A DNA stretch of 64,000 nt from Azolla caroliniana (GCA_043228905.1 JBHGNT010000003.1:3720001-3784000), one strand, 5' to 3'. Shown: positions 22,931-36,000, counted from the stretch's first letter. Made by a program: numbers and translations. The notes: a model not told the origin generated them from the letters alone.

Positions 22931-24129
22931 TATCACACTTTGATATAATGCTTTGTTGTTGATCACCTTCGCGTGGTGTTCATTGTTCATTTCCTAGAAA
23001 TTTGAATGGAGTATGAAGATTCAATGATGTTTTTCAATGTCTATATTTTTAAGTCAAATGTAAATTGAGCCCTAAACTACTAATATGTAGAGTTTGCTTG
23101 ATTAAGAATCTTTATTGTACAATGCAATTTGTTAAAGATCTAACCATGAAATCTTTTTGAAGTACGAAGGTACCATAAGAAAATGTGATTCCTTTGGCCA
23201 CAATTTTAGGTGATATTCATGCATCAATGGTGTTGGATTGTCATGGGAACATAAAAATAACATGAATATATTTCTTAGGAAGTTCAAAGAGTATTATTTG
23301 GAGATGGTGTACACAATAGGGAGCCATGGATTTTTACAACAAAATCAAAAAGTGCATGATATCTTCATATTTAGTACTAGGCTAACAACATTATATGATT
23401 GTGTTTTTTCCCTCTTAAGATGCATAATACTATTCTTCATGTCTTACATGCAAGAAGCACCACTCCCCCTTGCACTTGTAAGCATAGGAAAACTTTGAAA
23501 ATGAGGACTCACATAAAGGGAACCAAAGGGGAGATCCATTCTCATGAAACAACAACACACATGAAGAAAGCATAACCTCAATCAAATATAGTTTTGACAA
23601 GTCGAAATACGACGCAATCTATGAACTTTTTGCACTATAATATTAACTCATTGGTAAGTGATAGGTTTCTGATTGTATTAAGCTTTCTCTTCTAGCTCTC
23701 CATCTTTACCATTCCTTGGATGGCCTTATGCTTCCACCATTCTAGCAACCATCATGTATATGATGTGTTTATCCACACTAGGTTAGCCTATTAAGCAACG
23801 ATACTAGATACATTTACACATACTCCAAACTTCATGTAGCTTGCCCCAACAAACTTCACACAATTCAACACACCACAACTTTACTCAAGCAAATCATTGT
23901 TATAGCCAAAATGTGCGACACTTTATCCACTATACTAAAACACATTTTCCAAAGCACTTTGTCATGAGATATTACAGATTCCAAGCTTGTTGTGACTAAA
24001 ACAGACAAATTTGAATTAATTATTTCTCTCAAAGGTGTACATCATGAAGAAAGGATTGACATCTCATTCAAAACCATGAATAAGCAGATGTTACCTTGAT
24101 GTAAGGTAGACCAACATTGCTCTTAACAC

Positions 24130-24492
24130 CTACACACAAACTATCACAGAACCAACAATGGAGATAACACCATGAACTAGACCTTCACGGTAGATGTTGA
24201 TCGTTCCAGCTACATGACCGTTCACAGCTACGACGGTTGTGCTGTCTTCAAATCTAATAGGTGCACTAGTGACGCCATTGCCGAGATTCTTTACAGTAAC
24301 ATATAGATATGCGGGTGGCAACTCCACCACAACACCCACCTTGACAATTATGTTAACATCGACATGGTTTCGAGGGATAATGACAATATCATGGCTCGCA
24401 TTATTCTTTACCTTGCAAGTAGCTTCAACATTGTGCATCAGGAGGGCCACCATGAGAATGATACACATGAATTTCTTGCTTATGTATGCCAT
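24130..24492 (-). CDS. Intronless small secreted Val/Ile-rich protein, copy A (120 aa, family not recognised)
   Basis: Signal-peptide-like N-terminus ending VEA-T; TATAAAA ~120 bp upstream; ORF conserved without indels in the inverted paralog (111/120 aa identical) although the flanks carry indels. Confidence 0.85.
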   Translation of the reverse strand: MAYISKKFMCIILMVALLMHNVEATCKVKNNASHDIVIIPRNHVDVNIIVKVGVVVELPPAYLYVTVKNLGNGVTSAPIRFEDSTTVVAVNGHVAGTINIYREGLVHGVISIVGSVIVCV

Positions 24493-24512
24493 CTTTCTAT
24501 GACAAAATACAA

Positions 24513-24546
<34 letters not shown>

Positions 24547-24608
24547 AATGTACTCTAGTAATGGAAATATGCAAGAGGCTTTGTTAGAATAGTAAGGTTT
24601 TGGCAGCC

Positions 24609-24615
24609 TTTTATA
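24609..24615 (-). promoter_or_regulatory. TATA box of copy A
   Basis: CCTATAAAAGG on the - strand, conserved in copy B. Confidence 0.7.
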
Positions 24616-25402
24616 GGAATTGTGATTGTTGCAAGTGATTAATAAATAAAATGCTTTTGGATTATCATAATGCTATGAAGCTCTTAAAAGTTAATGAGTG
24701 CATGTTATGGGATCTATGCCTCATCATTCTATGGTTGGAAAGGCTTGTACTTAATTGTTATTATTTTGGGTTCAGGCAGCCTTATGGTTATAAGCTTAGA
24801 GAATCAATCAAATGTTGGTTGTTCATATGTGAGTGACATGTTATTTTGATGTTAAAAGTTTTGATGATGCCTCTTTGTTAGGTAGCCATTATGCCTTATC
24901 AACGTGGAAACATTACCTTTCTAATTTAAGTTCCCTTTTAACATCTTGGGGTGGTAAAATATTTTCTACAATTAGCATACATTTGTTCTTCAAGTCTCAT
25001 AGCCACAACAGTATGGGACATTGCCACAATAGTAGAATGGTTAGTTTCTAACAATATTATCGATATTTTTATTCTAGAGATAAAGAAAAAGTAAAAAATA
25101 CTTTCTTTTATCATAAGAGTTGCAAATGTGTTAGTAAAAACGCTAGCTATATAGGCATACTTCAATGCCAAAATGTTAGGCACTTTTGAATTACCGAAAT
25201 ATCTCTTTTAGAGTTTATAAGTATCTCCTTGCTTTCTAGTATTCATTTTGTTTCCACTCATCACTTAGTTCGCCATACATTTCTAGTTGAGACTGATCTT
25301 CTTAGAGTACCCAAAATTTCTAGGGCATTTGTTTTTCCACACTATAAGCATTGATCGTGTACATGTATCATATTATTAGTCACGATTTCTACCCTACATA
25401 TG

Positions 25403-26109
25403 TGTTGAGAATATGTCCCTCTGGTGGGAGGAAGAACCGACTGATCGAAAAGCCGACAGTCGATGACAGGGAAGATCTGACTGTTTGGAAAGCCGACAGT
25501 TGAAGAGTCGAAAACAATGAGTCGACTGTTTGAAGATTCGACTATTATTATTATAGTAATAATAATAATGATGATGTGTGGAAACAAGTCCCTCTAGATG
25601 GGAAAGAGAGAGGAGCCGAGTTGATGAGTGACTCGGCCTCGGCCGAAACCAGAAACGTGTATATAGCCAACTCGGGAGACTATAATTGTAAATAGTCTAA
25701 GTGTGCACCCCATGAGGGCTACGTATGTAAATGGTCGGAAAGTTGTGTAAGTATATATACAACTAGGGCAAACTTTATGCGTTGTGCAAAGGTTGTTGTA
25801 CAAAGATTGTAAAACGCTAGGGAGCGTGAGAGAGAGAAGGGAGAGCCGCGCCATAGCTGTGTGTGTAACAGTGGACGCGAAGAGCCCTATGCGGCTGATA
25901 CACTCGACAGAGTGTTGTAATCATCTCTGTATTGTATATCCACTATACTATAGTGAAGAATTTGTTCACCCGTTGTTTTTCTACGTTTTAGGGTTTCCAC
26001 GTAAATATTTGTGCATTGTTGTGTGTCTTGTTTTTTCTGGCATTTCTGTGATTCGTATTTCAGCACATAGTTCGTTTATTGTGATCTATTCCGCGTCGAT
26101 TTCTCAACA
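25403..26109. mobile_element. Solo LTR (707 bp)
   Basis: TGTTGAGAA...TTCTCAACA termini (perfect 9-bp inverted repeat, TG..CA), exact 5-bp TSD ATATG on both sides, CpG-rich relative to the flanks, no internal coding region. Confidence 0.9.
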
Positions 26110-26699
26110 ATATGCAAGGGGAAAGTGATGCTTCTTGCATTCAAGTGATATAAAATAGGAGCATTATGTATCATGAGAGCAAATATGCACAAATCATACC
26201 GAATATGAAAATATAATGTATTTGGTGATTTTGTTAGCATATCTATAGGCTATGACTTGTGGAAGGTTCAAAAAAGCCATGTTTCCTTACATGTACAATT
26301 TGTATCTCTACATAATACTCTCCAAGTTGAGAAAGCCTATGGCTACCTAACATTTTTTTCCAAAACAAATTATCCTTCCATTAGTTATAAAGAAAGGTCA
26401 TAACGATTATATCATACAAAGTTTTTTTTCCCAAGCTCGTCTTGTGTAGACAACGGTTAAGGAAACAAATCTATGTACTCCAACATAGAGAAAACAGTCC
26501 AGCAATAACAATCTATTCCCTAGATACATTGCAAGGCAACAACGAAAGTAGCTCTATTCGGAAACAAACCCTCTGAGGTCATAGTTATGAGCCATTCAAT
26601 ACTTCTTCAACATGTACATCTCGGTTTTGAGGGCGATCAACTACGTTCTTTGGTTTTTCAAGAGACCATTTTCCACGTTCGTGGTTGTAAAGTCAACAA

Positions 26700-27326
26700 C
26701 TATGCTTCCTCTTTCCCCATCAACCATCTTGTTGGTTTACCACCAAATTCCCCTATACATACAACAACAAATTAAGTCAAGTTTCCTCCTCTCCTCATGA
26801 GCATATTCTTTGCCCCCCACACGATCATCACTCTTCCTTATAAAAAAAACATAAAAACTAATTCGTTAAGTCCTCATCAACCATCTCGCCAAATACACCA
26901 AAATCCTGCACATAAACAATAAAATGTGTCTAAATTCCTCATCTCCTCATGTGAATGTGCTTCGATCTCCACACCATCTTCACTCATCCTTATCCAAAAC
27001 ATAAATTTTACGTCATTAAGTTCACATCATCCATCTCGCCGAATACCATCAAAATCCTGCACATACATGAGTCTTTTTTCCTCATACCCTCATGAGAGTA
27101 TGTTTCGTCCCCCACGGCCTCATCACTCATCCTTATCCAAAAACATACATTGTGCTTCATCAAGTCCACATCAACTTCTCACATATTACTGCCAAAACTT
27201 GTACATACAAACAACTAAATGAGTCTAGTCTTCTGAATAGATTCTACTTCAAACCCCACACCACCAACACTCATCCTTATCAAAAACACACATTTTGCTT
27301 CCTCAAGTCCACATCAAACTTCTCGT
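26700..27326. repeat. Degenerate tandem array, ~145-bp unit, 4-5 copies, directly upstream of copy B
   Basis: AAGTCC(T/A)CATCAAC..TCTC variants at ~26868, 27018, 27162 and 27305, each preceded by CACTC(A/T)TCCTTAT. Confidence 0.75.
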
Positions 27327-27601
27327 ATGGCTACCTAACATTTAGAGTAGCATCATAACTTTTAACATTAAAATCATATGTCGTTTACATATGAACAACC
27401 AACATTTGATTGATTCTCTAAGCTTACAACCATAAGGCTGCCCGAACCCAAAATAATAACAATTAAGTACAAGCCTTTCCAACCATAGAATGATGAGGCA
27501 TAGATCCCATAACATGCACTCATTAACTTTTAAGAACTCCATAGCATTATGATAATCCAAAAGCATTTTATTTATTAATCACTTACAACAACCACAATTC
27601 C

Positions 27602-27608
27602 TATAAAA
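27602..27608 (+). promoter_or_regulatory. TATA box of copy B
   Basis: CCTATAAAAGG ~120 bp upstream of the ATG at 27721. Confidence 0.7.
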
Positions 27609-27720
27609 GGCTGCCAAAACCTTACTATTCCAACAAAGCCTCTTGCATATTTCCATTACAAGAGTACATTGAGTGAGAGAGAGAGAGAAAGAGAGAGAGT
27701 TTGTATTTTGTCATAGAAAG

Positions 27721-28083
27721 ATGGCATACGTAAGCAAGAAATTCATGTGTACCATTTTCATGGTGGCCCTCCTCATGCACAATGCTGAAGCTACTTGCAA
27801 GATAAAGAATAATGCGAGCCATGACATTGTCATTATCCCTCGAAACCATGCCGATGTTAACATAATTGTCAAGGTGGGTGTTGTGGTGGAGTTGCCACCT
27901 GCATATCTGTATGTTACTATAAAGAATCTCGGCAATGGCATCACTAGTGCACCTATTAGATTTGAAGACAGCACAACCGTCGTGGCTGTGAACGGTCATG
28001 TAGCTGGAACGATCAACATCTATCGTGAAGTTCTAGTTCATGGTGTTATCTCCATTGTTGGTTCCGTGATAGTTTGTGTGTAG
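27721..28083 (+). CDS. Intronless small secreted Val/Ile-rich protein, copy B (120 aa)
   Basis: ATG at 27721 matches copy A; signal-peptide-like N-terminus ending AEA-T; 9 mostly conservative substitutions relative to copy A. Confidence 0.85.
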   Translation: MAYVSKKFMCTIFMVALLMHNAEATCKIKNNASHDIVIIPRNHADVNIIVKVGVVVELPPAYLYVTIKNLGNGITSAPIRFEDSTTVVAVNGHVAGTINIYREVLVHGVISIVGSVIVCV

Positions 28084-29699
28084 GTGTTAGGAGCAACGTT
28101 GGTCTACCTTACATCAAGGCAACATCTGCTTATTCATGGGTTTGAATGAGATGCAAATCCTTTCTTCATGATGTACACCTTTGAGAGAAATAATTGATTC
28201 AAATTTGTTTGTTTAGTCACAAAGTGTTGGAAATATGTTAAATATTTCTCATGACAAAGTGTTTTGGAAAATGTGTTCTATTAGTGTCTATAATAATGAT
28301 GTGTTTGAGTAAAGTTGAGGTTTGTAAGTTTGTTCGTAAGCTAATGATTTATTACCATTTTTAGGGAAGTTTGTAATATATGTGTAAATGTATCTAGTAT
28401 TGTTGCTTAATAGGCTAACCTAGTGTGGATAAACAAATCAGAGACATGGTGGTTGCTAGAATTATGGAAGCATTAGTCCATCCAGGGAGCATTGAAGATG
28501 AAGAGCTAGAAGAGAAAGCTTGATACAACCAAAAACCTATCACTTACCGATGAGTTATTATCATAGTGCAAAAATATCATAGATTGCATCAAATTTCCAC
28601 TTGTCAAAACTATCTTTCATTGAGGTTATACTTTCTTTATGTGTGTTTTTTGTTTCTTCGGAACCATTGTCTTCTTTGTTCTCTTTATATGAAACATTGT
28701 TTGAAATGTAGCAATGATGAATGTTGTGATGCCATACATGGAGGCACTAGGGTACTCAACAAGTTAGACTACTCATGATTGTAATCACAATTAAATTATG
28801 AGTAGAAAGTGACTTATCTTATTCCTATTGAAGTGCCATGCATTCATTAAGTGATTAATAACTTTGTAGCCTAGTAAAAATCTTGTTTACAAGTGTTTGA
28901 TTTATTTATGATGGGGACTTATGAAAACTACATATGAGTATGCATGTACGTATGATGAATGCAAAATATATATTTGCATTGAAGTAACACTATGTAAAAA
29001 TAAACTTGCATGCCCTAGATTGTCATGGTCATTGTTCTAATGTGTGTGTTGAATTTTTTCATATAAGAAGATTGGAAAAGTGTTAGTTGTGTGATATTCT
29101 AATGCTAGACTTGCAATTTATCAAAATGTAAAAGTTGATGGTCATGTAATGGTGTCTGATTTGACATGTGACTCATAAGATTGTATTATGTAATATTATG
29201 GTAGGCTTCTCATACACATGCTTAATTACACAAACTTGAATGTTCTAGATGGTAACCATGCATTTCCAATGACAAATGTTTTGACATGTCTCCTAGTCTT
29301 CGGAGAAGGAAATGCATTCGATTATATATTAGTAAAAGAATTTGATGCATCCATTGGGAATACATTCATAATTGGCCCATTGTCACTAGACTTGAACTAG
29401 AATCTCTTATACGTGCACATTGACAAATGCATTAGGTTACAAACGAAAGAGGCACATTATGCCATCCTGCCATCTAAAAGTTCATCTATACGCAAATGAG
29501 GTTTATAGTCATGTCATGAACCTCTCCCCTAGTAAAGATGTGAAAACCAATGGGAGCAATTGAAGGATTTCATTCTCAAGGTAGGGTATCAATATTTTAG
29601 TGCACTTATAAGTGGACAACGAATGCTTGGTTTAATGAAGAACACAAAGGTCATCACAAAATGTTCAAGCTCACAAAAGATAAGAATAAAAAAGGCCTA

Positions 29700-30420
29700 A
29701 CATTGTATCGACATGGAAGAATCTTGAGGAGATAGAAAAGGCAATATTATCAAATGCAAGAAAGAAAGAAAATATAAATGTTTAAACGCCAACCAAAGTT
29801 AGCATGGAGACAACTCAAAGGGCAAAAAAGAAGATATAATGGGTGAATTCATTGATGAAGAGATAGAACAATATGTACATATTTTTTATATGCCCGTTGT
29901 AATTATGCTTATGGTATTTAGTATGGAGACGACATATAATACATGTGTGTCTATGAAAGTTGCTAATAGAGATGCAAAAAATGTGTCTAATGGCAAAACG
30001 CCATATACAACATTAATGACAACCGAGTTCTTGAAATGGACAAGACGACAAAATTGTCAATGGGCGACAACAATCACAAAAGATTTTTCGGAAGGTTGGC
30101 TCATGAATTGGATTAAACCAATCCATAAAGGTGGAAAATAAAAATTTGGTATCGAATTAACATGGTTTGTTGGATTATGACGAAGTTATATAACACTATC
30201 ATGGAACAAAAGATTAGCTCATGGGCTAAAACATGATCACAAATGAGCACTTGGTCAACGAGGTTTTAGACCAAAGCAATTCCACCATTAATCATGTTCT
30301 TGACTGTTATGGGCATAACCATAACTTCTCTTGTGGTAGTTTGTACCATAGTTTTCCACACACAAGGATAAAAATGTGAGGGTTAATCGAGAATGTAAAG
30401 AAGGGAGACCAATGGCCAAT
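29700..30420 (+). mobile_element. Decayed LINE reverse-transcriptase N-terminal fragment
   Basis: WLMNWIKPIHKGG, then frameshifted KLYNTIMEQKISSWA and GQRGFRPK, which are LINE RT early-domain motifs. Confidence 0.7.
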
Positions 30421-30449
30421 TCATTCTGAAATAATATCCGACATAATGT

Positions 30450-33400
30450 ATAAAGGAATTCACATACCTTATACTTAATAGTGTTTTTCCATTATCTTGT
30501 ATCGACATTCATTTTTCCCACTAATCATTCATTTTTTCCTCTAATCATGTGTAATGAGATTGGAAGGCTGTCCATTACTTTTGCATTTGTTGAGATGTCC
30601 ATGCACTGATATAATATGTAATGAGAAAAGAACAAAGTTTATATTGATTGACATAATGTCTTAGGAATTCACATACCTTCTGTGCTAAATATTGAATCTT
30701 GGTTTTCATTTTACCTTGCACATATAGAGATGATCATTCAGCTAATCATATGTAATGTAAACAGTAATATTATGGAGAAAGTAAGTAACATGCTACTTTT
30801 ATGCATAAGTATTTGCTCTGTATCAGTTGTGAATCAGATAATTAGAGGATTTGAAATGCAGGCGAAGTCTAGGGAAATTAGGAGGACTCTTGCAGACCTT
30901 TTGGGCAATAGGGAGGGGTGTTGGCGTGCACAGTTTCTTGAAAAACTCTGAGAAAAACTATCTTCACAAGAAGAAAAACAGGATTCCAGAAGCATGAGGA
31001 AACTCGCGAGCTATCTCAGGAGAACCTTTCCTTATACCTTTGTATGAAGCCTGAAGTTTGATGGTAAATTGATTTCTCTATAAAAATGAAATAGAATCAT
31101 TGTAACACATTATCTGAATTTTTGTGCAGTTGTATGCTATAAGCCTATACCAATGTGTATGTGTGTATTCTTGTCCACAGTCAGTTCTAGTTGTTTCTGA
31201 TCCTATGATGGAGAAGCAGATTTTGAGCGACAATACAAAGTTATATTCTAAGGTAAGAAGCATGAGAAATGGCAGCCATTTTTTTTTCTGTTTTTCTTAG
31301 TTGATTCATTACAAAACGATGATTCGCTGACAGGTTCTTTGAAGCCCCATTTAACAGGGGATCCTTGCAGAGGCATTGGATTTTGTAATGGAAAAAGTGC
31401 TTACACCAGCACAGGACGGACTGCGGCAGATTCGGAGGTGGATAATCGTCCCTGCTTTGCATAAAAAGGTGTTCGTTTGGATTCTTAATGTTAAAGGGAA
31501 GGATATTCGATTAGGACACTATTCTTAACTTAAGAATGTTCAGTTTTGAGTAGCAATTTATGATAACAAATACTGTGATATTTTAAAAATCTCAGTATGT
31601 TGCAGAGATGGTTGGATTTTTTGGGAGGGCAGCCCTGAACCTTTGTGAGAAGCCTTTGAAGTTGCTGCTAGCAATGGCAAAAATGTAGAGATGGAATAGA
31701 TGTTTTCTCGCTTGATTCTAGACATAATTGGAAAAGCTGTTTTCAACTGTGATTTTGATTCATTATCTCATGATACAGGTATTGTAGAGGTGAGTATCAC
31801 TGTTCTGTATTCGTTTCTCTTCCTGTTTCCCAGGTTTGGCCTCTCTTAAATGTACTTAAATTTGGTCACCCACCTTTTCCAGGCAGTTTATGTGGACTTA
31901 CGTGAGGTGGAAGACCGATGTCTACCAGTTATACCATACTGCAAATTTCCTATCATCAAGAACCTTTATCCAAGGCAGCAGAAAGTGGCAATTTCTCTTA
32001 ATCTGATGAGTAAGATCTTGGATGATCTCATAGATAACTCAAAGGTATTATAAACGATGTTATCACAAGAGCTAATTGTCTTCTCTGAAAAGTAAATCAC
32101 ATTTTTTTGATATACTGATTTCGGAAAGTACATATTGTGACATGAGCCAAAATGCATATCTAGATTAAGTTAACTTTGATGTCAGGAAAACCTGGCATGC
32201 CCTTGGTTTAGAAATAATGGCCTATAATAAAAACACTACTATTAATCCTCTTTTGAATGCCAAAGATCCCAGTGATGTATCTTTATTTCTCTTAATTCGC
32301 TGCAACACATTCATTTCCTATTCATATGGGTATCCGTTAATTTGTGAATTGTTAACATAAATGTGACGATTACGTTATGGAATCCTAAACATAAATATGA
32401 ACATGTGTGCTCTTGGATTGTGATGAGCTGAGTATGTATGTATTGTGTTTTCTGGTATGCATAATATTGCTGATTATGTTGCCTTTTCCTACTAGGGGTG
32501 TGAAGATTGTATACAATTGACCATTGCTGTCATTCTCATAATTTTCTTTTTATCATGAATATCTTATCTGTATTCAGCAGAAAATGGTTGATGAGGAAAA
32601 TGTGAACTTCAGTGAAGAGTACATGAATGAGAACTAAAAGAACTAAAGAGGATATATATTGACGGAAAAATAATTAATACATATCGGTGAAGATATCTTT
32701 ATTTCATCGTGGAATCGTCACCAATCACTGAGCTTAGGGAGGATGATAAAGAATTTAAGCCTGAAAAATGGCGTCTTGATGGTCCTGATCCAAATGAAAT
32801 AAAGCTAAGATGATACAGGGCGGTGTTCTGTAATCACTGTTCAGAATATTTGGGTATATCCATTATTATCCGGCAGTTTGGCTTTGATTTAACAAGAATC
32901 TTAGTATATTAGTGCAGTCACTTAAAAATAACGAATGTCTGACAAAGGGCATGGGTGGATCCTTGGTACATTAATGAGATCTTTGCATTGTGTCCAACTA
33001 GAATCATAATAATAATAGTATAGCAATGTATTTTTTAGTGAATAATGCAAAATATGACCTTAATAATAGAATATGTATGGATCCTAGGAGACTGAGGGAA
33101 AGATCTTGCATGGGGTTCAAATAGAAGTCTAATATTTCAATGGGTTTGGATTGCTCACACATTAGTAAGATCTTTCTGTTGAGTTTAAAATTGAAGTCTA
33201 ATAAATATAATGAGCATAGGTGTGTAGTACATTAAAATGAAATCTTGGACTGAAGTCTAATAATAACAATACAATGGGCATGGTGTGGCAGGTATGCATG
33301 ATAACAGGTGCCACAATACATATGAGAGCCGGCTTGAATATGTCCATAACACGAAGGGTAAAGATTCCCAGGTGAACCAATGTCAACTACTGTTTAGTGG

Positions 33401-33950
33401 GGAAATGTAGTATGAGAACACAAGGACAAGTCAGGAATCCATAAAAAAAGTTCTTTAAACCATTTCAAGAATGCCAATGGTTCATGGTCCTCATTGAGGG
33501 CAAGATAGAGAGTCTTATATAATCAATCCACGGTTCAATTGATTCCAAAGATTGGCAAACCTCACATCCATGGAAATACTTTCAGAATTTTTAGCAAATG
33601 GATTTCTTTTAACCTGGCCATAAAATTTCTGGTGGAAACCATTAAGCTTATAATGTGCTAATAATAGCTTATGCTTCTTTAGTGACATCAATTCTTGTTT
33701 AACATTGGAATGTGTTAATAACAGCTTATGCTTCTTTAGTGACATCACTTCTGGTTTCACTGGTGATGACAGGTGAATTTCATGGCTGATTTGCCCTGAT
33801 TCTTACAGGTGCATTTCACATCATATTACTATGACTAAATAATTGTCTTTTTGTGTTATCATCTTTCTTGTTACGTTCATCAAGTTTAACCTCAATAGAG
33901 GTGGAAAGGTTGTTCCTTGCACAAAAAATTTCTGTAAATTTCCCTTAAAA
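30450..33950 (+). pseudogene. Inverted, intron-retaining CYP97A pseudogene
   Basis: Collinear with the reverse complement of ~7130-2360: exon 3 (~30862), 4 (31181-31252), 5 (~31358-31468), 6 (~31596-31788), 7 (31883-32044), part of 8 (32581), 13 (~32680-32800), 15 remnant (~32846), 16 (33292) and 3' flank. Frameshifts and stops are present; exons 1-2, 9-12 and 14 were not found. Confidence 0.93.
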
Positions 33951-34399
33951 ACATATGGTTTGTGTCAATGCACCTCATTTTGACAAAGCTCTATGTTCAG
34001 TTACTCAACTTAGTCAGGTGAAAGAAACACATGAAGAAGATATTATGATCATAATTGTAGTAATAAATGACATTGTTACTTGATGGGATTGGAGCATTGG
34101 TGGTGTGAGCACATTTATGCCTAAGCACAATTGGATTAACTTCTATTTGGAAGCTTTTGATACCTAGGAGGATTGACAATCCTTTCTGACATTGATATTA
34201 ATATAAACTCAATAGCACATGAAACATCTGTTTGTTTTTCTTTTGTTTTAGATAACATCTATTCCGGTGATTGAATGTACTTGTCTTTCTTTTGCTAGTG
34301 AATTATGACCTCTAATAACCGCAGAAAGAGTTTAGACTGTATATTATGAAGCATTGTGTAAGTTAATTTGGTATAATGCTTGATACAAAACAATACTTC

Positions 34400-36000
34400 A
34401 ATTATCTTGAATGTGGAATGATGCTTCAGCAACTGATGAACATCCTTTTCCGTAGTAGTTTTCACAGTGCTAGTCAGGAACTTATAATCCATTTGTAGCA
34501 TGTGGATCTCTTTACATCAAGGGCCAAATGTATCCATCTAATCGTACTAGGCTCTCAGCATTTCCATCAGCCCATACCAAGGCCTCCACCACCCGTAAGG
34601 AATATGTTCATCCACTGAATAGATGTGGATTGGTGGTATGGAACTGACACTGATATTTGGAGTTGAGCTTAGCAAGTGCTTGTGTTGCTAGTTGCAGGCA
34701 CCGAGATCTCGTATAGGCTCCAATGGATGGGAGATTATGGCTCTGCCATTATATTGTGGATTTGAACATCAAAGTGGAACATCATTTGACCAACTTTGGT
34801 TCAGCTAGTCAGAACTTTAAGGATTCTTATGATTGAGGGTCATATTCATTTTATTCTAGGTGGATTTTTCATGACCTATCTAGGTGGATTTTCTTACTTG
34901 GTGATGGCCACAGAGACTGTTTTATATTAAAGTTTGGCCTCTCTCAGGAACCCGAATTTGGTGTTGCCTTGGCACCATCCTTGGATTCAAGTAAGTTACT
35001 TTGAGATATGCTACACAACATGTAATGTACCTTAAGGTAAGTGATGATTCCAATGTCATGGGCCCACAGTAGCATCTCTTCAATTTATTCCCTTTAACAA
35101 AGTTCAGGATTTCTGCACCATCAAGGTTTTAAAGCTTACATGCCCATATTTTCGCAATATGGAGGACAAAGAATGGGCATTTTCTATGTATTTTAAGTTT
35201 CTTTGGATTGATCATAACTGTGAAATCATCGGGAAAAGCTTGCATCAATGGAATGTATGGCTCAAAGCTTTTAACTATGATATGTTGGAAGGTTTCAGCA
35301 TAGACTTAAGGCAAAACCTTGTAGCTACCAGGACAAGCACACTCCATCTTGTAACTAATTCATTTTTCTCCTTATCTTATAGGGGCATATTTATCTAATT
35401 GTACTCATTAAAGCTGTTGAATAAGCTATTGGTTTTGTACTCCTTGACAATGTCTAGATGCTGTCAGTAAATGACAAAGTAAAGCATCACAAACAGTTGC
35501 TGCATTTAGTTTCCGATTATGAACACAACCATATTTTGCTGCTCTATTTTTGGGTCCACAACTATTAGACTTAACCATGTGGCCTTTTCTCACCAGTTGG
35601 ATGAAGCTTATGCGAAGTGGTTTGTCAATTTCCTTTTGATGAATCATGTGTAGTTTGGGTTCATCTACTACAAGTGTTGGGCTTTTATTGAGTCGCCCTT
35701 CAAGTGGATTATATGTTGATCAAACTTGGGGTGAAAATGCCACATATATATCCTTAGGACCAAGATAATGTGGCCTTTTCACCACCCACTAGATGGATTA
35801 GCTCTTAGAAAGAAGGGAACTATAAGCCCTTAGCAATTTTGATTGGTTGCGGCACAACATTTGTCTCAAGATTCTCTTAGTGAAATGTGATCACACTCCA
35901 CTACGAATTTTGCTTAATGTGGAGCATATGCAATCAAGGTTTGTTAAAAGCATTGGGTAAGTCCACTAATGGTGAGTGATGCATCATAGAGGAGATATAT
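34400..36000 (-). mobile_element. Highly decayed Ty3/gypsy pol remnant (tentative)
   Basis: Broken minus-strand peptides resembling gypsy RNase H (..DKE.., IVKSFE, FTV..LKYIEN) around 35150-35420. Boundaries are uncertain. Confidence 0.35.

Larger units (their letters stand above)
23545..24889 (-). repeat. Left arm of a ~1.35-kb inverted duplication (partner 27327-28656)
   Basis: Reverse-complement similarity spans the promoter, CDS and 3' flank of the secreted-protein gene. Confidence 0.92.
27327..28656 (+). repeat. Right arm of the inverted duplication (partner 23545-24889)
   Basis: Reverse-complement similarity to the left arm. Confidence 0.92.

Noticed and set aside
24239-24502. 87-aa antisense ORF conserved in both inverted arms (also 27711-27974)
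   Set aside because: Conservation follows from the duplication; the opposite strand has the TATA box and signal peptide.
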